In this document: positions 26,674 through 37,446 of the stretch, one piece after another
How positions within the stretch are numbered: position 1 is the first letter of the stretch
Layout: each line of letters opens with the position of its first letter
Assembly: GCA_050950765.1 (NCBI GenBank)
Contig: JBMNIF010000002.1
Span: 928,001-992,000, forward strand
Direction: 5' to 3'
DNA from: Bdellovibrionota bacterium
GTDB lineage: Bacteria > Bdellovibrionota_C > UBA2361 > JAAYZI01
Length of the DNA: 64,000 nt
Position numbers and translations under genes: made by a program
The notes under the pieces: generated by a model
Seen by the model: the letters and a program-made list of their open reading frames with translations, nothing else
Told to the model about the DNA's origin: nothing
Database searches by the model: none

Positions 26674-27568
26674 ATCCCTCCGTCAATTAAAAGTACCGTT
26701 TGTAATGTTTTAAAAGATAATCTCCGCAAGAATAATCTCCGCAAGAAAGATACACCGAATAGGATTGAAAGGTGTGCTTTAAAAGGCGCACTTGGAGATA
26801 TAGCTAGTGATAGCTAAAAGAATCCTTACAAATAAAATCCCAGACCCTTCAAAGCATATTATTGAGATAGAGCGATCAGGGAGGTTCTGTAAATAATTTT
26901 GTGTATTTTGTTATTTTAGGGCGGTGTTAATAGTTAAAATATACTCAAATGAATACTAGATAAGGAGTTGCTCTCAACGGAAGGAGCTATAAATTAGTTG
27001 GTCTATATTTATATTCTTCGGGTTTGGACTCGCAACTTCTTTGTGACACCATCTTGCGACAAGCTCACGACAGAACTTGTGACACAGTTATTTTCAGACT
27101 CGAGTTTGCGGAATGATTGCAGGCGACCTCCGAGCGGGAGTTGAAACTTGTCTATAAAGCGACTCAACTTATACCATCAAAATATCTGAAGGGGATTTAC
27201 AAATTCTATAAAAAAAATTACTTTTTGCATCGATACATTAAAGCATAAACTCGCCAAGGATAGGGGAGTATTGCGATCGTTTACGTTTGGAAATTAGTTA
27301 TTAAAAATTAGTTACGGAGAGGCTGTTCAAAAATTCTTTCAGCTGGGTGTGTATGTGCTCGGCATGGTATTTACGCCGATGAGGATTTGAGGTTTTCGCA
27401 GCAACAACGTCAGAAGAAAAATTTTGCCCATACTGGGCATACATCAACAACTTGATAAAATGGAGTATCCATGCACACCGCGACAATGATGATGATCATT
27501 CTCTGCGCTGGGTTAGCCAGTCAATGGCTAGCTTGGCGACTTCGTTTGCCAGCGATAGTCGTTTTAAT

Positions 27569-29133
27569 CCCAAACTTTTCTGTGATTTACGTAACAATAA
27601 AGTAACATATTGTTATAACCTATAGAAATTTTTTAAAAATTAACAAAAAAGGGGGTTGACTTTTTTGTTGTTTTGACATACGTATTTAGGTATGGGAAAG
27701 AAAGCAAAAATACACCCTGATTGGGCAACAAAATATCGAGAGAAAGGAAAAGAGGTACGTCTTATCAATGGGAGATATTACCTATATAGCTACAGCTATA
27801 AGTATGACCCTGAGAGGAAAAGGAGCGTGAAAGTTACTGGTAAATTACTTGGACGAATTACAGAAGAGGACGGTTTTATACCAAGTGAGAAGAGAAGCCT
27901 TGTACCTGCTGTGAATATTAAGTGCAGAGAGTATGGTTTATCTCAATTTATCCTCAATCAAAAAACAATTATTGAAAGACTTCGGTGTTATTTTCCAGAT
28001 AAGTGGAAGGCTATTTTGCTGATGTCATACAGCAGGATCAAACATTGCTCTCCTATTAAACGCATGAATGATGATTTTGAAAACAGTATGTTGAGTGAAA
28101 AACTTAATTTTCTTCTTAATAAGAAAGCTATTCCGAATATTTTGCAATCGATTGGGAAAGATGAATTTGCTCGTTCTGAATATATGAAGAGTTTTATTCA
28201 TGGAAAAGATTTTTTGTTAATTGATTCTACATTTCTTAGAACATCTATGAGAAAGTCGAGTCTTGCTAAAGGAGGATATAATAAAGACCATTTTTGGGAA
28301 ACGCAGGCGAGTTTGCTTTATATTTACTCTAAAAAATTGCAACAACCAGTCTATTATAGGTTATTGGCTGGGAATATAAGAGATGTAAAAGCTCTATCTT
28401 TAACTATCCAAGAATCAGAAATTGGTGATGCTACTATTATTGCAGATAAGGGTTTCTATTCAGAGTCTAACGTTAAAGATCTTATAGAGAATAAACTTAG
28501 CTTTGTTATTCCATTGCGTAGAAATAGCTCTCTTATAGACTATGATGGAATAGAAACAAGCAGGAACGTTATTGAATATAATAAAACGTACTTAAGATAT
28601 AAAAAATATAAGATTGGGAATGGATTTATATATCTGTTTAGAGACCCGTTTTTAGCAGGTGAAGAGGAAAATAACTTAGTTTCATTAACAATATCTCATC
28701 CAGAAAAATACAATTTAACAGATGTTGATTTAAAAAAAGTGAGGCTAGGAACTGTTGCATTCTTTTCAAATTTGGACTCATCCGCAGAAGAAATATACAC
28801 GTTATACAAAATGCGACTATCTATTGAACAATCTTTTGATACGTTAAAAACTGTTTTAAAAGCAGATGCTTCATATATGAGTGATGATGATAAATTTCAG
28901 GGATGGATGTTCGTGAATCACATAGCAATACAGTGGAGCTATGAAATATTAAAAACAATAAAAAAACATAAACTTTCGACTTCAATATCATTAGAAGATG
29001 CTATCAGAAGGTTATCTGAAATTAAAAAAGTTAGGCTTGGGGACTCTTGGTATTTAGCCGAGCAAACTAAAGCAGAGCTAAAAATAGCCGAACTGTTACT
29101 TACTTAACATACGTAAAAAGGGGAAAGTTTGGG
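27569..29133 (+). mobile_element. IS1634-like (IS4 superfamily) element, copy 1, 1565 bp
   Basis: Ends CCCAAACTTT...AAAGTTTGGG with a 6-bp TSD TTTAAT at 27563-27568 and 29134-29139. Confidence 0.9.
27692..29107 (+). CDS. DDE transposase
   Basis: LIDST, GNIRDV, IADKGFYS and YKMRLSIEQSFDTLK. Confidence 0.92.
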   Translation: MGKKAKIHPDWATKYREKGKEVRLINGRYYLYSYSYKYDPERKRSVKVTGKLLGRITEEDGFIPSEKRSLVPAVNIKCREYGLSQFILNQKTIIERLRCYFPDKWKAILLMSYSRIKHCSPIKRMNDDFENSMLSEKLNFLLNKKAIPNILQSIGKDEFARSEYMKSFIHGKDFLLIDSTFLRTSMRKSSLAKGGYNKDHFWETQASLLYIYSKKLQQPVYYRLLAGNIRDVKALSLTIQESEIGDATIIADKGFYSESNVKDLIENKLSFVIPLRRNSSLIDYDGIETSRNVIEYNKTYLRYKKYKIGNGFIYLFRDPFLAGEEENNLVSLTISHPEKYNLTDVDLKKVRLGTVAFFSNLDSSAEEIYTLYKMRLSIEQSFDTLKTVLKADASYMSDDDKFQGWMFVNHIAIQWSYEILKTIKKHKLSTSISLEDAIRRLSEIKKVRLGDSWYLAEQTKAELKIAELLLT

Positions 29134-31037
29134 TTTAATTGCTGCGGGTCTGTTACTGGGACCAGTGAGTGGCATCGTAAAGATAGGGTTATCTCAAGCG
29201 GAGCTAACAGAAGTGATCGGTCTTGGTGTCGCTATTATCCTCTTTGAAGGAGGCATGGATCTGAAGCTTGCCGAGTTCCGGCGCGTCGGTCATGGAGTTG
29301 GTCGCTTGACGATCCTTGCTCCACCGTTAGCTTGGGTTTTTGGCGCTTTAGCAGCGCATTTCGTCGCGGGGTTAAGTTGGCCGGTCGCTTGGGTACTAGG
29401 TGCTATTCTTGTGGTCACCGGTCCAACGGTGATATTGCCGTTACTGCGTCAAGCCCGTCTGAATAAAGAATCCGCATCCCTGCTGAAATGGGAGGGGATC
29501 GTTAATGATCCCATAGGTGTTTTACTGGCAGTGCTAACTTTTCAATATTTTACCCTCGCCGATGGTGGCTGGCTCCATGTGTTCAAGGGACTTGGAGCGG
29601 CTATCGTCGTTGCTGGAGTGCTCGGCGGTTTAGGTGGTTGGCTTATTTGTCGAATCTATCAACGTGGCGGAGTTCCTGTGCACCTCAAAACACCATTACT
29701 AATGGTGCTGGTGTTGGCGGCATACTGGGTCAGTAACTTCGTCCAGCAAGAGGCTGGGCTGTTGACCGTGACCATAATGGGCTTGGTTATCGGTAACATG
29801 GGGCTGGTTGAGCGTGAGCAGCTGCGCCATTTTAAGGAAGGCCTCACTGTTCTACTCTTAGCGGTATTGTTTATCGTTATCCCTTCTCAACTTAAACTTG
29901 AGCACCTGCAATTAATTGATTGGCGGGCAGTTGCGTTTGTGTTGGTCGTCCTGTTCGTGGTACGTCCGTTGACTATCGGCTTAGCAACTTTAGGTGCACC
30001 CATACGAAGAGAAGATAAGGTGCTATTGGCATGGATTGCGCCACGTGGCATCGTTGCTATGGCAACGGCGGGAATTTTCGGTCCAGCGTTGGTTGCTGCC
30101 GGTTACCCAGATGCTGAAGCTTTGTTGCCCATCATCTTTCTGATCATTATCGCGACCGTATTGCTGCATGGATTCACTTTAGGACCGTTGGCACGGAAAA
30201 TGTCTTTGGCAGCAGAAGATGAGAACGGTCTACTAATTGTTGGTGCCTCTCCTTGGACGCTAGCGTTGGCGCAGACACTGAAAAAGTTGGAGATCGATGT
30301 GATGGTTGCCGACGGCTCATATAAACGCTTGAAACCGATCCGCATGGATGGGATTAAGACCTATTACGGAGAAATTCTTTCTGAACACGCCGAGCAGGAG
30401 TTGGAAGATGAACATCTGAGCTTCCTTCTGTGTGCAACTGACAATCACTACTACAACGCGTTGGTTTGTAAGGCGCGAGGCTATAGGTTCGGACACCATC
30501 GTACTTTTCAGTTGGCACCTTTTAAAGAGTCAGACCAAATGAAAAAACGGTTGACCTTGCAACAACGTGGCTATTTTGCTTTTGAACCACCGACGGACAT
30601 CTACACCTTGCAGCAACGCTTGAATGATGGTTGGACAATACACGCAACCCGCTTGAGTAAAAATTTTGATCTTGATCAACTGAAAAATAAATTGGGAGAA
30701 CCAGGTGTCGATTTAGTATTACTTGGAACTCTCTCCCCTCAAGGGAAGCTGCAAATTTATTCTAGAGAGCAAAGTTTCAAACCCACTCTTGGCTGGGTCT
30801 TACTCTACTTCTCTCGTGAGATCGAAAAGGAAGCAGAAGCGGAGACATTTGAGTAAAGGAGTGGCGTAGCCACAAATTCTAAAGTCATCATCACCGTTGC
30901 TAAGAAGTCGAGGTGCTCCCAAAGGTGGCGGGTGGTGCTTTAGCTTTAGTTAACTACTAATCTCGCAAGAGTCTCGGTGATAATTGGGTTAAGAAATTAA
31001 GAGAAGGAAGATAAAAAGATAAATTGGAAAAATTAAA

Positions 31038-32602
31038 CCCAAACTTTCCCCTTTTTACGTATGTTAAGTAAGTAACAGTTCGGCTATTTTTAGCTCTGCT
31101 TTAGTTTGCTCGGCTAAATACCAAGAGTCCCCAAGCCTAACTTTTTTAATTTCAGATAACCTTCTGATAGCATCTTCTAATGATATTGAAGTCGAAAGTT
31201 TATGTTTTTTTATTGTTTTTAATATTTCATAGCTCCACTGTATTGCTATGTGATTCACGAACATCCATCCCTGAAATTTATCATCATCACTCATATATGA
31301 AGCATCTGCTTTTAAAACAGTTTTTAACGTATCAAAAGATTGTTCAATAGATAGTCGCATTTTGTATAACGTGTATATTTCTTCTGCGGATGAGTCCAAA
31401 TTTGAAAAGAATGCAACAGTTCCTAGCCTCACTTTTTTTAAATCAACATCTGTTAAATTGTATTTTTCTGGATGAGATATTGTTAATGAAACTAAGTTAT
31501 TTTCCTCTTCACCTGCTAAAAACGGGTCTCTAAACAGATATATAAATCCATTCCCAATCTTATATTTTTTATATCTTAAGTACGTTTTATTATATTCAAT
31601 AACGTTCCTGCTTGTTTCTATTCCATCATAGTCTATAAGAGAGCTATTTCTACGCAATGGAATAACAAAGCTAAGTTTATTCTCTATAAGATCTTTAACG
31701 TTAGACTCTGAATAGAAACCCTTATCTGCAATAATAGTAGCATCACCAATTTCTGATTCTTGGATAGTTAAAGATAGAGCTTTTACATCTCTTATATTCC
31801 CAGCCAATAACCTATAATAGACTGGTTGTTGCAATTTTTTAGAGTAAATATAAAGCAAACTCGCCTGCGTTTCCCAAAAATGGTCTTTATTATATCCTCC
31901 TTTAGCAAGACTCGACTTTCTCATAGATGTTCTAAGAAATGTAGAATCAATTAACAAAAAATCTTTTCCATGAATAAAACTCTTCATATATTCAGAACGA
32001 GCAAATTCATCTTTCCCAATCGATTGCAAAATATTCGGAATAGCTTTCTTATTAAGAAGAAAATTAAGTTTTTCACTCAACATACTGTTTTCAAAATCAT
32101 CATTCATGCGTTTAATAGGAGAGCAATGTTTGATCCTGCTGTATGACATCAGCAAAATAGCCTTCCACTTATCTGGAAAATAACACCGAAGTCTTTCAAT
32201 AATTGTTTTTTGATTGAGGATAAATTGAGATAAACCATACTCTCTGCACTTAATATTCACAGCAGGTACAAGGCTTCTCTTCTCACTTGGTATAAAACCG
32301 TCCTCTTCTGTAATTCGTCCAAGTAATTTACCAGTAACTTTCACGCTCCTTTTCCTCTCAGGGTCATACTTATAGCTGTAGCTATATAGGTAATATCTCC
32401 CATTGATAAGACGTACCTCTTTTCCTTTCTCTCGATATTTTGTTGCCCAATCAGGGTGTATTTTTGCTTTCTTTCCCATACCTAAATACGTATGTCAAAA
32501 CAACAAAAAAGTCAACCCCCTTTTTTGTTAATTTTTAAAAAATTTCTATAGGTTATAACAATATGTTACTTTATTGTTACGTAAATCACAGAAAAGTTTG
32601 GG
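31038..32602 (-). mobile_element. IS1634-like element, copy 2, inverted
   Basis: Same ends and an identical 471-aa protein. TSD ATTAAA at 31032-31037 and 32603-32608, which is TTTAAT in IS orientation. Confidence 0.9.
31064..32479 (-). CDS. DDE transposase identical to 27692-29107
   Basis: Identical translation in the ORF track. Confidence 0.92.
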   Translation of the reverse strand: MGKKAKIHPDWATKYREKGKEVRLINGRYYLYSYSYKYDPERKRSVKVTGKLLGRITEEDGFIPSEKRSLVPAVNIKCREYGLSQFILNQKTIIERLRCYFPDKWKAILLMSYSRIKHCSPIKRMNDDFENSMLSEKLNFLLNKKAIPNILQSIGKDEFARSEYMKSFIHGKDFLLIDSTFLRTSMRKSSLAKGGYNKDHFWETQASLLYIYSKKLQQPVYYRLLAGNIRDVKALSLTIQESEIGDATIIADKGFYSESNVKDLIENKLSFVIPLRRNSSLIDYDGIETSRNVIEYNKTYLRYKKYKIGNGFIYLFRDPFLAGEEENNLVSLTISHPEKYNLTDVDLKKVRLGTVAFFSNLDSSAEEIYTLYKMRLSIEQSFDTLKTVLKADASYMSDDDKFQGWMFVNHIAIQWSYEILKTIKKHKLSTSISLEDAIRRLSEIKKVRLGDSWYLAEQTKAELKIAELLLT

Positions 32603-32673
32603 ATTAAAAGCTAATTGAAGAGAAATTAGGTAGGTATAATCTGTTCAAGTGAGATTATAAAAAATGAATAGGA

Positions 32674-32706
32674 TCATAAAAGCACGCTAAAAGCGTGCTT
32701 TTATGA
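32674..32706 (-). terminator. Intrinsic terminator
   Basis: TCATAAAAGCACGCT-AAA-AGCGTGCTTTTATGA hairpin just past the stop at 32714. Confidence 0.75.
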
Positions 32707-32713
32707 AGGTAAA

Positions 32714-33163
32714 TTACCACCTTGGTAGTGGCGGCATACGATCTCCGCGAGGAGGTCTCTGCTGACGGTATCCCTGCCCTGGATAACTGGGGCGGTAATC
32801 TTGCGCAGGCGGACGGCGCACATCTTCTACATAACACATGCCGTGCTCTCGCCAGTCTCTACAAAATTCACGAGGAACTCCAGCACTAGCACAGTTGTAA
32901 GGACACGGTCTGGATTCTATATACCCTCTGGCACTAGGATCCGGTCTGCGTTGTGCTGGTGCAGGTGGCGCTGGAAGTCTACTACCTGGACGGGTATCTT
33001 CAACAAAGCATACTCCGTTTTGCTTCCAGTCGCGACAGTATCTTTTGGGAATTCCTAAAGTACGGCAGCTGTACGGACAAGCTCCCGATCTAACATCGGC
33101 AGCAACAAACTCCGGAGTTATGGCTAAGGATAAGAGGAGGAAAAGCAGTAAGCATCTTCTCAT
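32714..33163 (-). CDS. Small secreted protein with two 4-Cys repeats
   Basis: Signal peptide. CPYSCRTLGIPKRYCRDWKQNGVCFVED and CPYNCASAGVPREFCRDWREHGMCYVED. AAGGAG RBS upstream. Confidence 0.8.
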   Translation of the reverse strand: MRRCLLLFLLLSLAITPEFVAADVRSGACPYSCRTLGIPKRYCRDWKQNGVCFVEDTRPGSRLPAPPAPAQRRPDPSARGYIESRPCPYNCASAGVPREFCRDWREHGMCYVEDVRRPPAQDYRPSYPGQGYRQQRPPRGDRMPPLPRW

Positions 33164-33524
33164 TTATTTTTTCTCCTTAAATACACTCTCTGCTAAAGTA
33201 TTTATCGAGTAAGTAATATCTTGTCAGTATATTACCGAACACTCTTTAAAAATGCGAATGCGTTAGCGGTTTCTATTTGTGATCTCTTTAAGTAGATCCA
33301 ACGTACCGCTTGGCAGACTTTAGCACTCTCTTTTTATAAGAACAATCTCTAGAAAACCTTGCAATAGCTATAATAAAATAACTTTAGAAGGGGCATTTTA
33401 AGATAAAAAAAGTGGTAAATAAATGGGTACTAAAGGGATAAGAAAGAAAGATACCCTGAAGGGGTTGAGCCTTGTTGATTACCTGCAAGTTAGGATCCCC
33501 TTCTTTTTAGAGAAGGTAAAAAAG

Positions 33525-33601
33525 TGGCACGCCCTGAGGGATTCGAACCCCCGACCTTCTGGTTCGAAGCCAGACACTCTATCCAGCTAAGCTAAGGGCG
33601 C
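33525..33601 (-). tRNA. tRNA-Arg(UCG)
   Basis: Cloverleaf with anticodon arm TCTGG-CTTCGAA-CCAGA, T-arm GGTTCGAATCC and CCA. Confidence 0.96.
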
Positions 33602-33804
33602 GCATTTATTAAATAGTGTTCGAATAACGGAGATAGTTGCATATAAAATGTTTTTTTTAAAGCTCCAGCTCTCATCAAAATATAATATTTTCGATTTTTT
33701 AGATATTTTTTTGATGCCTGTCTTCACGTCGTATTTTAGAGAGTGAAGCTTTTTGTAAAAACAACATAGGTGCATAGTGAAGGTATAAGAAAGAAGGGAA
33801 GTTT

Positions 33805-34479
33805 TTAGTGTTGCTTAAAAAAATGTGTAATATCAAAAAAACTTTCAAAGGAGTGTACTTCAATATCAGAGATGTTTGCAATTGATGGGAAGCAAGCGCC
33901 ATAGGCGGCATAAAAGAAAGGAACGCCGACAGTAGTTGCTGCGCTCTTATCACTTGAAGAATCTCCGATATAACACGGTGCTGTAAGGCGATTCCTTTCT
34001 ACGATGGTACGGATATTTTCAGCTTTCGATTTTTTATTATGACCGTGACAAAGAACATCTTTAAAAAGATGCCCGACAGTACTCGTTTTTAAAAAGAGAT
34101 TAAGGTATTCAATGCCGCAATTACTAACTAAAAAAAGTGGATATAAAGTTGATAGATCTGTTAGTCCGTCTGACACTCCGTCATATAGTGCTGCTTGCGG
34201 ATGCTCCGTAACGGCAGCATCTCCTGCTTCTAATAATTTTGAGAGGAGAGCATCTTTTAAATCGTCTGGGGCTCCTTCCGTTAAAATATGACTGTACTCT
34301 GAAAACGGTAAGCTATAAAGGTTGCGAACAAAAACTTCAGAGACACATTTATCTATACCGAAATCTTTATAGACTTTATTAAAAGCAAATACGACAGCAC
34401 GACTGCAATCCCAAAGGGTGCCGTCTAGATCAAAGATTAAAGAGTCAAACGTGTGGCGTTGTCCGTTCATAAGATACAA
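33805..34479 (-). CDS. HAD-superfamily hydrolase
   Basis: FDLDGTLWD, LVSN and YIGDSSSD. Confidence 0.9.
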   Translation of the reverse strand: MYLMNGQRHTFDSLIFDLDGTLWDCSRAVVFAFNKVYKDFGIDKCVSEVFVRNLYSLPFSEYSHILTEGAPDDLKDALLSKLLEAGDAAVTEHPQAALYDGVSDGLTDLSTLYPLFLVSNCGIEYLNLFLKTSTVGHLFKDVLCHGHNKKSKAENIRTIVERNRLTAPCYIGDSSSDKSAATTVGVPFFYAAYGACFPSIANISDIEVHSFESFFDITHFFKQH

Positions 34480-34505
34480 TCATTATCGGTGCGCTATGTG
34501 TAAGC

Positions 34506-35777
34506 TTAATCATTACGTGAAGCGCTCTCACCTATCTGCCAACAAACAACCTTTTTTCTGCGTTGTGCCACAACTAAAGAGTTGTTCGGAAACTCGGAGG
34601 GGCACTTATGACCACGCCAATGTTGACGGTTGCCGTTAGCACGACCTGAAAAATAGAGGTCTTCTAAAACAGCATCGTTTTTCATAATGCGAACGGTGCT
34701 AAAGTTTTTATACTGCGTCGGTAATAGAACCACAACCTTTCCATTATTATCAGATTTTTTCCAGAGGAAGCCCTCAGCACCATCTCTAGCGGGAAGTATC
34801 TCTGAGCACAAGTTCTGATCGCCAACAGCGGTAAAATGAACATTAACCGTTCTTAAAAACTTATTATCAGAAGGGATTAGATCTTGCCATAAAATAATCT
34901 TATTTAAAGGGTCGAAGGCGTAGATGGCACGTCCTCTACGTAATAATAAGGCGTTACTTGGTGCTGTAATACCGTTAATAAAATTATACGGAACAAGATC
35001 GGTATAAGTCGGAACTTTTAAGGTCTGCCTTTGACGTTCAAGGTTTTGATAAAAGATAATACTATTCGGCTCTCTATTCTGTCTCGTCCTAGTGAGTGCA
35101 ATATCAAGGAGGCCATCTCCATTTAAGTCGGCAAAAAATAGATCTGATACTTTCCTTGTCGCTCTTTTAAAAATAACGTCCCCTGTATTGCTATCAAAAA
35201 CGCGTAAGGCAAAGATATTATCGCTACCACTACGGCGATGTAATACACCTAAATCATCTTTCCCATCACCGTTAGCATCTCCGCAAGAGGCGTTCTCTAT
35301 AACGGCACCTGCTGAGAGGGGAAGTTTTGTTTCTGTAACAGTTGTGTCAAGAGCAGAGCGGAAATATAACGTATTATTACGGATGTATGCGAGGTCATCC
35401 AGATTGTCGCCGTCAAAATCACACCCCCCGATAATGATATCTCCGACGCTTCCGAAAGAGAGGGTTTCAGCGCTATCTTTAAAAGTCCAGATAAATTCCT
35501 TATCAACTGTTTTAATGACACCGAAATTCCAACCCCTCCCGAAATAATCTCCGTGAACTTCAAGGTCGTTACGTTTTCCGAACTCGAGTGGATCTAGGGG
35601 GGCTCCCGCTGTATCATAACGGTGGTACACCAACTCGTTAGGTGAATCATCGTACTGTGTTTCCACAAATCCGAAAGACCACGTGCCTGCATCTTCTCCG
35701 AATGATAACGATGGGAATAGTAAGGAGAACGTTAAAGCAAAAAGGAGTTTTTTGTAGGTGTGGCTATTAAAATTCAT
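34506..35777 (-). CDS. Secreted FG-GAP/VCBS-repeat protein
   Basis: Signal peptide; DFDGDNLDD, DANGDGKDD and DLNGDGLLD. Confidence 0.8.
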   Translation of the reverse strand: MNFNSHTYKKLLFALTFSLLFPSLSFGEDAGTWSFGFVETQYDDSPNELVYHRYDTAGAPLDPLEFGKRNDLEVHGDYFGRGWNFGVIKTVDKEFIWTFKDSAETLSFGSVGDIIIGGCDFDGDNLDDLAYIRNNTLYFRSALDTTVTETKLPLSAGAVIENASCGDANGDGKDDLGVLHRRSGSDNIFALRVFDSNTGDVIFKRATRKVSDLFFADLNGDGLLDIALTRTRQNREPNSIIFYQNLERQRQTLKVPTYTDLVPYNFINGITAPSNALLLRRGRAIYAFDPLNKIILWQDLIPSDNKFLRTVNVHFTAVGDQNLCSEILPARDGAEGFLWKKSDNNGKVVVLLPTQYKNFSTVRIMKNDAVLEDLYFSGRANGNRQHWRGHKCPSEFPNNSLVVAQRRKKVVCWQIGESASRND

Positions 35778-35977
35778 TATGAGTTCCTTTAAAGCGTGCT
35801 GGTGCTAAAAATGTGATTTTAAACACCGTGTATATGCACACAATTTAATTGCAGAGGAAAAACAAAAATCAGGTGATGAAGTGTAACCTCCACCATATCT
35901 ATATCGGTCGCATCACGCTTAAACTTAAGAATTAAGGGAGGTACTTGTATTTAATGCGAATTTTGATGGTCGCTCGC

Positions 35978-37288
35978 TCAAACTTTGCGATTATAACGTC
36001 TGATGGTGTTGTAATAATCTTTTATCTGTTGGTCGATAATAATGTCATTTGGTCGAAGAGGACGACGTAACGAAATGTCGTCCATAGCACGAGAGCGGCT
36101 TAAAGCTACATAAGCCTGTCCTGCGGCAAAGACTCTATTCCCGAAATCAATAACGGTACGTTCCAACGTCATCCCTTGACATTTGTGGATAGTGGCAGCC
36201 CAAGCTAGCTTCAATGGTAATTGTTTGTAAGATCCAGATACTTCGGGGATGATGCGGTCTTCTTTTTCGTCATACTGATATGAATAAGTTTCCCAAACAA
36301 CAGAATCAACAGAGTGAAGCTCTTTTGTTTCTGAAAGTTCAACTGTAACACTATTTTTATGAATCGATCTAATATGACCGAGAGTGCCATTCATCCAACG
36401 ACCATCAGGATCGTTCTTCGTAAACATTACTTGAGCGTCCTGTTTTAAAATAAGATCGGCGGGGGAGGGTAGCCTCTCCTGTTTCATCTCAAACTTGCCG
36501 CTAGCCTTACCTTGAAATATAGCGGGGGTGCCATGAAGCGCCTGTAAGCGGGTGTTGTTAATCTGTTCTGATAAGGCGTTGGTCGTAGTTAAAACTACGG
36601 AGTCGCCCTCTAAGGTGCGTCCTACACAGTGTTGATTTAATTCTGCGATAGCATCTTCAAAATCTTCTGCTTCACGGATTGATTCCAAAATAGAGATAAA
36701 CCTTGCGTCCTTTTGGCGATAGATGGTGTTTAACTCTACAAAATCAAGTGCGACATCTTGAATGCAGTTTGCACTAAAGAAAAATTGAGTATCATATTTT
36801 CTAGCCAAGAGCGCGCGCTCCTGTTCTGAAGCTACAACTGGTGGTAGTTGAAAAAGATCTCCAACTACTAAAACTTGTACACCGCCAAAAGGTTCGCGCT
36901 TGCCACGATTTATTTTGAGAGCTTCATTTACGAGGTCAAGCAGGTCGGCACGCACCATAGAAATTTCATCAATAATGAGTAGCTCTAATTTCTCTAATAA
37001 CTTTCTATCGCGTGAGCGGCGTAAAGAGGAGATATCAGGCGGGACTGCTGGGAGTTTAAAAAATGAATGAATAGTCTGTCCTCCAACGTTGAGAGCTGCC
37101 AGTCCGGTTGGAGCCAAAACAGCGAAGTGTTTGTTGCAGACCTGTTTTATATACTCTATGCAGGTGGATTTACCGGTTCCAGCTCTACCAGTCAGGAAAA
37201 TAAAGGGGGAGCCGAGATCAAGTAGATCTTTTACACGTAGAAAGTCTCCATTTAACTCAATTTGAGAGGTATCAGATCGTATCGGCAT
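35978..37288 (-). CDS. Pif1-family SF1B DNA helicase
   Basis: TGRAGTGKS, APTGLAA, IIDEISM, GDLFQLPPV, TIHKCQG and GQAYVALSR. Confidence 0.92.
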   Translation of the reverse strand: MPIRSDTSQIELNGDFLRVKDLLDLGSPFIFLTGRAGTGKSTCIEYIKQVCNKHFAVLAPTGLAALNVGGQTIHSFFKLPAVPPDISSLRRSRDRKLLEKLELLIIDEISMVRADLLDLVNEALKINRGKREPFGGVQVLVVGDLFQLPPVVASEQERALLARKYDTQFFFSANCIQDVALDFVELNTIYRQKDARFISILESIREAEDFEDAIAELNQHCVGRTLEGDSVVLTTTNALSEQINNTRLQALHGTPAIFQGKASGKFEMKQERLPSPADLILKQDAQVMFTKNDPDGRWMNGTLGHIRSIHKNSVTVELSETKELHSVDSVVWETYSYQYDEKEDRIIPEVSGSYKQLPLKLAWAATIHKCQGMTLERTVIDFGNRVFAAGQAYVALSRSRAMDDISLRRPLRPNDIIIDQQIKDYYNTIRRYNRKV

Positions 37289-37446
37289 AGATATTTAATA
37301 ATAATTTAAGAGTGTTAGTATAAGGTAAAACGGTTTTGTAACACGGATCCTTTTATCGATAAAGATATGCTTTGAGAAGGTGATACCATAAAACCCCAAC
37401 CATAAAACCTAGTATCGTAAAAAAGATTTATACCGTAAAAGTTAGT

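Larger units (their letters stand above)
27471..30856 (+). pseudogene. NhaP-type (CPA1) cation:proton antiporter with a TrkA-N-like domain, interrupted by an IS after about codon 33
   Basis: MHTATMMMIILCAGLASQWLAWRLRLPAIVVL before the IS continues as IAAGLLLGP after it. Motifs ILFEGG, TGPTVI, EGIVNDPIG and APRGIVA. Confidence 0.88.

Noticed and set aside
29129..30856. Intact 575-aa antiporter as given in the ORF track
   Set aside because: Its TTG start lies inside the IS inverted repeat; the native start is at 27471.
27569..32602. Composite transposon that imported the antiporter
   Set aside because: Each IS has its own TSD and the antiporter's first 33 codons lie outside the left IS.
35886..35895. 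attR copy of the tmRNA 3' end (ACCTCCACCA)
   Set aside because: Only 10 bp, no integrase, and an intact tRNA and ordinary genes lie in between.
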